Virus record (IMG/VR): IMGVR_UViG_3300020371_000006
Direction: 5' to 3' (one strand)
DNA length: 64,000 nt
DNA from: an uncultured virus (IMG/VR IMGVR_UViG_3300020371_000006)
Taxonomy: Duplodnaviria; Heunggongvirae; Uroviricota; Caudoviricetes; Kyanoviridae
Shown one piece after another: positions 57,935 through 64,000 of this stretch. Positions within the stretch are counted from its first letter, which is position 1; each line of letters starts with the position of its first letter. The notes under the pieces are model-generated. The model saw only the letters and a program-made list of their open reading frames with translations, was not told the origin of the DNA and searched no databases. A program made the position numbers and the translations under genes.

Positions 57935-59086
57935 ATGAAATTCACCGAGTTCCTGTCTGAAGCAAGGACTGTTGCGGGTGACGCAGCAGCGAAACGTGGA
58001 CTTCAACACGTCGGTCACGGTTACTATGCTGATAGAAGTGGCAACATTGTTGCTAAGTCTGAAAAAGGTCAGCGCCTAGTTGCTGTGGATAAAAGTGAGG
58101 CACAAGCAGCACAAGCGGGTGTCGAACAAGGAGACCAAGAAGATGCTCATCTCACAAGTGGTGAGGGTCTAGGAACTGTGGCGATTACATTCGGTCGTTT
58201 CAACCCGCCTACTATTGGGCACGAGAAACTTCTGGATGCTGTGGCAAAGGAAGGTGTTGATAATTATCGCATCTATCCTTCTCGTACGGTTGATCCTAAG
58301 AAGAATCCGCTGGAACCTGAAATTAAGGTTAAGTTTATGAACGAGATGTACCCGAGTCACTCGGATGCAATCGTCAATGACAGTGGTATGTCCAACATCT
58401 TCAATGTGATGGTGGCACTTCAGGACGAGGGTTACACTGGTGTTACTCTGGTTGTTGGATCTGATCGCGTTTCTGAATTCAAATCTCTCCTTGAGAAATA
58501 TAATGGTCAGGCATATGAGTTTGAAGAACTCAATGTTGTTTCTGCTGGCGATCGTGACCCAGATGCTGAAGGTGTAGAAGGTATGTCTGCATCTAAGATG
58601 CGAGCGTTTGCTGCATCAGGTGATCTTGAGTCATTCACGGAAGGAGTTCCTGGCGGCAATGCTGCCATTGCAAAGCGCCTGATGAATGAGGTCCGTAAGG
58701 GTATGGGTATTTCTGAGGAGGAACAGGTTGCTGCTGAGATGTGGGAGATTGCTCCTAAACTTGCACAACAAGATCTCCGCGAAGCATACTTCCAGAAAGA
58801 TGTGTTTGAGGTTGGTCAACTGGTTGAGCATATGGACACAGGTGTCCGTGGTACAGTCACGGTCCGTGGTGCAAACTATGTGATCTACGAGACCGCAGAA
58901 GGTTATGTGTTTAAGAGTTGGTTGCAGCACATTGCTGAGGTAACTGAGAAGGAGAAGCATCATTCTGCTGATGATGGCAGTGGTAACGATTGGAAAGTTG
59001 GCACTGATACATACAGAAAAGCAGTACAGGAAATGACTCCTGGTCAGTCGGTGAAGAAATTCAGCGACTTCCGAAAGTCTAAATAG
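57935..59086 (+). CDS. HIGH-superfamily nucleotidyltransferase (cytidylyltransferase-like)
   Basis: TFGRFNPPTIGHEKL, VVGSDR, SASKMR motifs; ATAAATA at 57905. Confidence 0.85.
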   Translation: MKFTEFLSEARTVAGDAAAKRGLQHVGHGYYADRSGNIVAKSEKGQRLVAVDKSEAQAAQAGVEQGDQEDAHLTSGEGLGTVAITFGRFNPPTIGHEKLLDAVAKEGVDNYRIYPSRTVDPKKNPLEPEIKVKFMNEMYPSHSDAIVNDSGMSNIFNVMVALQDEGYTGVTLVVGSDRVSEFKSLLEKYNGQAYEFEELNVVSAGDRDPDAEGVEGMSASKMRAFAASGDLESFTEGVPGGNAAIAKRLMNEVRKGMGISEEEQVAAEMWEIAPKLAQQDLREAYFQKDVFEVGQLVEHMDTGVRGTVTVRGANYVIYETAEGYVFKSWLQHIAEVTEKEKHHSADDGSGNDWKVGTDTYRKAVQEMTPGQSVKKFSDFRKSK

Positions 59087-59113
59087 TATTACGAAAAAAA
59101 CGGTTAGTAAAGA

Positions 59114-60643
59114 ATGGACATCAATCTTGCTAGTAAACTGGTAGCGTTTCCTCCTGAGGATGTGCAGCGTGTAACATATGTCGTAGACTACGCTCAGCAC
59201 AACTTCTCTGGTGATGCTATCCACGGTTATATCAAGGAGCACCTTGAGTCTGATCGTCTCATCGGCATCGCAGATGTCATTCTTGAGAATCGGAATATGG
59301 CAACCATTAAGGCAAAGCCTTCCGATGCGTCAGGCAAAATTGACACCGTAAAAGAAAAGGGATCTACAGAGGGTCCTGTCACTGCAACTCAGAATTCTGT
59401 AAAAGCAAAGGGTAAACCTGTTGCGAGTTGCTGTGAAGAAAATGAGATCGAAGAAGGTCTCAAGCAAGCACGTAAGAACGTTGGCGCAGGCAAGTGCTGG
59501 GATGGTTACAAAGCCAAAGGCACTAAGATGAAGGACGGTAAAGAAGTTCCTAACTGTGTCAAGGAATCTGAAGAATGGATGTGGGATCTGGTTGACGAAC
59601 TGCAGGAAGAGTTCGACAGTCTCACTGACGAAGATCTGGAAGACATCATTGTTGAAGCACTGGTTGACCTAGAAGACGAAGCACTGCTGCAAGAAGCGTG
59701 TGAAATGTTTGGTGAACTGGAACTTCTCTCTGAGGACTATTACGATTCTGCCGTTAAGGCATCTAAGGATAGCGCAAAGCGCATTGCAAGAGGCAAGCGT
59801 GTTGAGCGTCTGAAATCTGCCGCAGGTCGTGTTGGTTCTGCTCTTAAGTCTGGTGCCTCTAAGGCAGGTGCAGCAGTTAAATCTGGTGCTGCCAAGGCAG
59901 GCGAAGCTGCTAAGAAAGCAGCACCTAAAGTAAAGGCAGCAGTTAAGTCTGGTGCTAAGAGTGCTATTGGTGCCGCTGGTAAAGCAGCGGGTCACGCTGT
60001 TGGTTCATACCAAGCAGCGAGAATCAAAGCAAAGCGTGATGGGTTGAGCAAGTCGAAACCCGCAGCAAAGAAACCTGAAGCAAAATCAGGAGATGGAGAT
60101 AAGACTGGTGGCAAACTTGATGGTTTGCTAAAGTCTATTAGAGGTGGATCCTCATCTTCTTCTGGTTCTAGTTCTTCTGGTGGTTCCTCCAGTTCCTCTG
60201 GTTCATCTAGTTCCTCCTCTTCCGCTCCCACTTCTACTGGTGGTGCTAAGGAAGGTGGTACTAAGAAGAAGTCTCTCCTCCGCCGTGCAGTTGGCGCTGT
60301 GGGTAGAGGCATCAAGAAAGTCGTCGGCAAGACGGCACGTGCAGTATCCTCTGGATCCGACAAAGTTGCACGTAAACTTGGAGAACAATCTATGGAATCA
60401 CGCACCGATCGTGTCCGCCGCGTTCTTGCAATGCAGGAAACCGCAGACCACGACAAGACAACACTTCGCGATCCCGAAGGCATCTCCTGGAGAGATCGTC
60501 TCGGTATGCAAATCGAAGAGAAGACCCCTGCTCAGAAGGCAAAGGCAGCTGCACTTGCCAAGTCCAAAGAACTTACTAACCAAGGTAAGCATAAGGAAGC
60601 ATCCGAAGTCTTCAAGAAAGCATTCCCTAACTTTGGTAAGTGA
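59114..60643 (+). CDS. Modular acidic/basic late protein, candidate internal head polyprotein
   Basis: CTAAATA at 59079; CWDGYK..VPNCV module; Lys/Ala-rich and Ser/Gly tracts. Confidence 0.7.
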   Translation: MDINLASKLVAFPPEDVQRVTYVVDYAQHNFSGDAIHGYIKEHLESDRLIGIADVILENRNMATIKAKPSDASGKIDTVKEKGSTEGPVTATQNSVKAKGKPVASCCEENEIEEGLKQARKNVGAGKCWDGYKAKGTKMKDGKEVPNCVKESEEWMWDLVDELQEEFDSLTDEDLEDIIVEALVDLEDEALLQEACEMFGELELLSEDYYDSAVKASKDSAKRIARGKRVERLKSAAGRVGSALKSGASKAGAAVKSGAAKAGEAAKKAAPKVKAAVKSGAKSAIGAAGKAAGHAVGSYQAARIKAKRDGLSKSKPAAKKPEAKSGDGDKTGGKLDGLLKSIRGGSSSSSGSSSSGGSSSSSGSSSSSSSAPTSTGGAKEGGTKKKSLLRRAVGAVGRGIKKVVGKTARAVSSGSDKVARKLGEQSMESRTDRVRRVLAMQETADHDKTTLRDPEGISWRDRLGMQIEEKTPAQKAKAAALAKSKELTNQGKHKEASEVFKKAFPNFGK

Positions 60644-61089
60644 TGGGCAAGAAAACTAAGATTATTATCAACCCTAAAAAGCAAGATCTGATGAAAGAAT
60701 CCATCCGCACACTGCTCGCTGCAGAATTAGCAACCCTGAAAGAAGCATCCAAGAAGCGTCTGGATCCTGTGGGTAAAGAAGACAAGGACATCGACAATGA
60801 CGGTGACCACGATAAGTCTGACAAGTACCTGCTGAATCGTCGTAAGACGATCTCTAAAGCAATGGGTAAGAAAACTCATATCTGTGCATCACACTGTGAG
60901 CACGCTGAGTATGGCGTTTGCCAAACCATCCCTGAGCAACACACCTTGGTGGAGTTGGCAGAACCTGATGCAGATGGTAACACCCATTTCGTAACTCATT
61001 ACGATCTCATTGATGAGCAAGGTAACATTCACGAGAACGTTGCTGTTGAAGATCTTGAGATCATCCTCGAAGCATCGCACAAGCACTGA
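60640..61089 (+). CDS. Hypothetical protein
   Basis: [15 protein letters not shown] module plus a His/Cys domain. Confidence 0.7.
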   Translation: MMGKKTKIIINPKKQDLMKESIRTLLAAELATLKEASKKRLDPVGKEDKDIDNDGDHDKSDKYLLNRRKTISKAMGKKTHICASHCEHAEYGVCQTIPEQHTLVELAEPDADGNTHFVTHYDLIDEQGNIHENVAVEDLEIILEASHKH

Positions 61090-61823
61090 TGTATAGTTTC
61101 TCTGAATACCAATCCCTCGATGAGGGTAAGAAGAAAGGTTTGTGGGCAAACATCCACGCCAAGCGTAAGCGTGGTGAACGTCCTGCTCGTCCTGGTGAGA
61201 AGGATTATCCCAAGACTCTCAACGTAGAAGAGGTTGAGCAGGTTGAAGAGGGTAAATCTTCTCGTCCTATGGGAGTTATGCATCATTTTGCCCGTGGTGT
61301 GAAGCAGAAGAGAGGTGCTAAGAGCAATGAGGGTGATGGTAAGTATGTGAGGATGCAGACTACCAAAAAACAAAATAAGAAATCAGCAGATGCTGATGCT
61401 CATAGAGAAAAGCAAAAAAATGAGCGTGGTTTGACAATGTACCCTGAAGGGTATGCTCCTGGTGATGTGGACCAGAAAGTTGGTGCCGTCACTTCTATTC
61501 CTAAGAAAGAACAGGAAGCAGCAAGAAAGCGTTTGCTTGCTAAAGCAGCAGCAAAGCGCAAGTCAAAGGAGTCTAAGTGCGAAGAAGTTGAGCACATCAA
61601 CGAGGAAGAGTACGATAGGATGCGTGATCGCAAACTTGAGAAGTATGGCTCAGGTTATAGATCTGCTGGTAATCGTCGCTACACCGCTAGATCTGGTGGC
61701 ACTCAACCCAAACCAATGCCCAAGAAGAAGGATGGTCCTTCCGCTCTGGACATCGTAAAGGGTGAGATCGAGAAGAAGTATGGCAAAGGTGCCATTATGG
61801 ATACCTCAAAGAAGAAGAAATAA
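61089..61823 (+). CDS. Basic modular protein, candidate internal head polyprotein
   Basis: [30 protein letters not shown]; several Glu-bounded modules. Confidence 0.7.
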   Translation: MYSFSEYQSLDEGKKKGLWANIHAKRKRGERPARPGEKDYPKTLNVEEVEQVEEGKSSRPMGVMHHFARGVKQKRGAKSNEGDGKYVRMQTTKKQNKKSADADAHREKQKNERGLTMYPEGYAPGDVDQKVGAVTSIPKKEQEAARKRLLAKAAAKRKSKESKCEEVEHINEEEYDRMRDRKLEKYGSGYRSAGNRRYTARSGGTQPKPMPKKKDGPSALDIVKGEIEKKYGKGAIMDTSKKKK

Positions 61824-61857
61824 GCATATATAAGATAGACCCATATGGTGTATCGCT

Positions 61858-62061
61858 ATGCTATCATTTCTTCTCCCTTTCGCCTACAAAATTGTAGACG
61901 CCGCTGTCGCTAAGATTCCTGATGATGAGGAACTCGGTGACAAACTGATCGAAATCTGCCTTGTTATTCTTGGCAAAGCAGTCAAACTGACTAAGACAGA
62001 TATGGATGACAAACTGCTTGAAGCAGTGACTAAAGCAGTCCGCACTCGCGAAGGCGAGTAA
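61858..62061 (+). CDS. Small hypothetical protein
   Basis: Amphipathic helices, TKTDMDD motif. Confidence 0.65.
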   Translation: MLSFLLPFAYKIVDAAVAKIPDDEELGDKLIEICLVILGKAVKLTKTDMDDKLLEAVTKAVRTREGE

Positions 62062-62064
62062 TGC

Positions 62065-62090
62065 AAAGGGGACCCGAGTGGTCCCTTTTT
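62065..62090 (+). terminator. Rho-independent terminator
   Basis: AAAGGGGACC-CGAGT-GGTCCCTTTT. Confidence 0.8.
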
Positions 62091-62140
62091 CATTTACATA
62101 AATAACATATAGGAAACTCAATCGTAGAGGACAAACAACA

Positions 62141-62926
62141 ATGGCAATCTTCGGAAAAATTGATGCCGCGACCTTCTCTAACAATGTTGCCGTCACCAAT
62201 GGCGATGCCACTGTTACGAAGAACGCTGCAGATACAGTAGTAGTTGGAGATGTGTTGGAACTTGGTGGTGTCGCGTACATCGTTAAGCAAGTTAATAGCA
62301 CAACTTCTATCGAACTGCACAAGAACTATGCAGGTAGCACCGCTGCTGCTCTGTCTGGCGCAGTCCGCAGAACTCCCCCTAAAGCAGTCGCAGAATATGT
62401 GATCAAGGGTGGCGACAGCAACTCTGATTACCAACTCGTATTTGTTGATACCACTGAAGATGGTATTGCATCTAACAAGTCACGTGGAATCGATGGACCT
62501 GGTTGGTGGTTGTATAGAACATACAACACAGCAGAAGGAACCACACGTCATAAGGCAGAAAAACTTGCAGCACTTAGAGTTGCAGTAGGTACATCTGGTG
62601 ACGTTGCTGATGAAACAGTGGCAGCAGACGTGCTTGAGACCATTACTATTGGTACTCAACCTGCTAACCAGAACACTTCTTCGGGTGCAGCAACATTCAC
62701 TGTCGCAGCAACTGTGGATCAGTCTGGTACTATCACTTATCAGTGGCAGAAGAGAACATCTTCCGCTGGAAGATTCGCTAATGTGTCTGGTGCAACCAGT
62801 GCATCTCTCGTACTCTCTGGACAGACTGCTGCTAACGACGGCAACCAGTACAGAGTTAAAATTAACTCTAGCAAGGGTGCTGCTGAAGTCGTAAGTAGTG
62901 TTGCTACTCTGACTTTCGTCTCTTGA
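62141..62926 (+). CDS. Virion structural protein with C-terminal Ig-like domain
   Basis: ATAAATA at 62098; ITIGTQP..TYQWQ..DGNQYRV..SSVATLT Ig signature. Confidence 0.75.
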   Translation: MAIFGKIDAATFSNNVAVTNGDATVTKNAADTVVVGDVLELGGVAYIVKQVNSTTSIELHKNYAGSTAAALSGAVRRTPPKAVAEYVIKGGDSNSDYQLVFVDTTEDGIASNKSRGIDGPGWWLYRTYNTAEGTTRHKAEKLAALRVAVGTSGDVADETVAADVLETITIGTQPANQNTSSGAATFTVAATVDQSGTITYQWQKRTSSAGRFANVSGATSASLVLSGQTAANDGNQYRVKINSSKGAAEVVSSVATLTFVS

Positions 62927-62946
62927 TTTTTAACCTATAATTTGTT

Positions 62947-63318
62947 ATGCATTTTGGTAGTCTCACAGCGGACAACTTTATGATGTTCGCTATGAAACAT
63001 TATGACAATCCCCAGTCTGTCACATACGATGATTTTCTAGAAGATATGATGCGCTTCAAATATTTGAAGCGTCTCTTCGGAAGGTATGTAAAGACTGGGG
63101 TATTGCGTAATCATTTGATATTGAACCACTTAATTGTGCTGTTCAATGTCTTCGGTGATGCTGCCATACCTTTGTTAGTGTATAAATTAGAGAAGCAGTA
63201 TTGGGAAATCCTCAAAACATATGTTTTGTATCTCAATATGTACCCCGAAGCGGGGTGTGGAACGCTAGACTTTGTAGAAATTGATCCACACATTAGTAAA
63301 CAACTAAGTGAACTATAA
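62947..63318 (+). CDS. Conserved T4-like hypothetical protein
   Basis: FAMKHYDNP, RFKYLKRL, LILNHLIVLFNVFG. Confidence 0.75.
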   Translation: MHFGSLTADNFMMFAMKHYDNPQSVTYDDFLEDMMRFKYLKRLFGRYVKTGVLRNHLILNHLIVLFNVFGDAAIPLLVYKLEKQYWEILKTYVLYLNMYPEAGCGTLDFVEIDPHISKQLSEL

Positions 63319-63329
63319 CGAGGTTTCAA

Positions 63330-64000
63330 ATGGGTAAGAATTACGACTATCCTTTGTATGCTCCTTACACAAAGGTAGATGAATTTCATAAAAACAAACA
63401 GAACCTCGACGAGATTGCACCTGTCGTTGCTGGTGCTGCTAAGGCAGCGGCAGTTGGCGCAAAGGTGATTGGTAAAGTTGCAGCAAGAGGTGCTGTAGCT
63501 GCTACCAAAGCTGCTGGCAAAGGCGTTAGAGCAGTTGGCAAAAGCACAAAGAAGGCAGTCAAGAATACTGCGAAGGAAGTAGGTAGCACTATGGCTCAAG
63601 CAGAGTTGGCACGTCAGGTAAAGAAGCAGCAGGAAACAGAGAACATCCAAGAACGTGGTGATTTCTGGCATCCCGATCCAGATAAGGATCGTAAGTTGGG
63701 TGGACCTGGTGCTAACCAACGTGCTCGTGAAGACCGTGCTTCATCATCCAAACCCAAGAAAGACTACAGTAAGTCTCTGAAACCTGGTGAATCTTATATG
63801 GATTATGCCAAGCGTAAGAGGAGAGAGAAACTGAAGGAAGAGGGTGCACCCACTATGAATACTGGCACCGCTAATGGTGCTGCTGGTTTCAGTGCAGGTG
63901 CAGATGAGAATGGACCCACAGCAGGTCTGGACGCACCCCTTGGTGGTACTGCTAAGCAACCGAAAGGCAAGGGTGGCAAAGTTAAGAAGAGAAAATTTAA
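63330..64000 (+). CDS. Basic modular late protein, 3'-truncated, not in the ORF track
   Basis: Open frame from ATG 63330 to the window end (MGKNYDYPLYAPY...); contains a gp23 N-arm-like segment. Confidence 0.75.
   Translation, partial: MGKNYDYPLYAPYTKVDEFHKNKQNLDEIAPVVAGAAKAAAVGAKVIGKVAARGAVAATKAAGKGVRAVGKSTKKAVKNTAKEVGSTMAQAELARQVKKQQETENIQERGDFWHPDPDKDRKLGGPGANQRAREDRASSSKPKKDYSKSLKPGESYMDYAKRKRREKLKEEGAPTMNTGTANGAAGFSAGADENGPTAGLDAPLGGTAKQPKGKGGKVKKRKF

Noticed and set aside
60144..60240. TCT/TCC/GGT-rich tract as a DNA repeat element or array
   Set aside because: In-frame Ser/Gly linker with mixed synonymous codons; no repeat-spacer structure.
1..64000. CRISPR array, diversity-generating retroelement, integrase or transposase, stop-codon reassignment
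   Set aside because: No repeat-spacer array, reverse transcriptase or recombinase seen; core genes are full-length in the standard code and use all three stops.

Overview
A 64-kb segment of a T4-like marine cyanophage (myovirus; host probably Synechococcus, inferred from its photosynthesis and pentose-phosphate genes). Almost all genes are on the + strand. In order: the 3' part of a long tail-fibre-like gene; neck and tail genes g13-g16; an auxiliary-metabolism island between g16 and g17 (petE, PTOX, gnd, an unlisted 43-aa NdhP-like ORF, zwf); the g17-g23 head/tail core; g3, uvsY, uvsW, g55, g47, g46; a tRNA-Ala(UGC); a vWA-peptidase plus MoxR/'CobS' pair; and the replisome (g45, g44, g62, regA, g43, uvsX, g41) interleaved with six 2OG-Fe(II) oxygenases, a SAM methyltransferase and a Dam-like methylase. 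A convergent block of membrane/secreted protein genes, hsp20, mazG, a nuclease-like / ligase-fold / nucleotidyltransferase trio and a late block of basic modular proteins follow. Best leads: (1) late proteins with T4 capsid-targeting-like N-termini and gp21-type cleavage sites, one carrying a copy of the gp23 N-arm; (2) near-total avoidance of CATG, CCGG and GGCC beside a restriction-endonuclease-like gene; (3) a ROSE-like RNA thermometer on hsp20; (4) a bidirectional sigma70 promoter at g55 with no ORF on its antisense arm; (5) a palindromic promoter motif found three times; (6) a ligase-fold protein next to a HIGH nucleotidyltransferase. All calls come from reading motifs by eye; no database searches were run.
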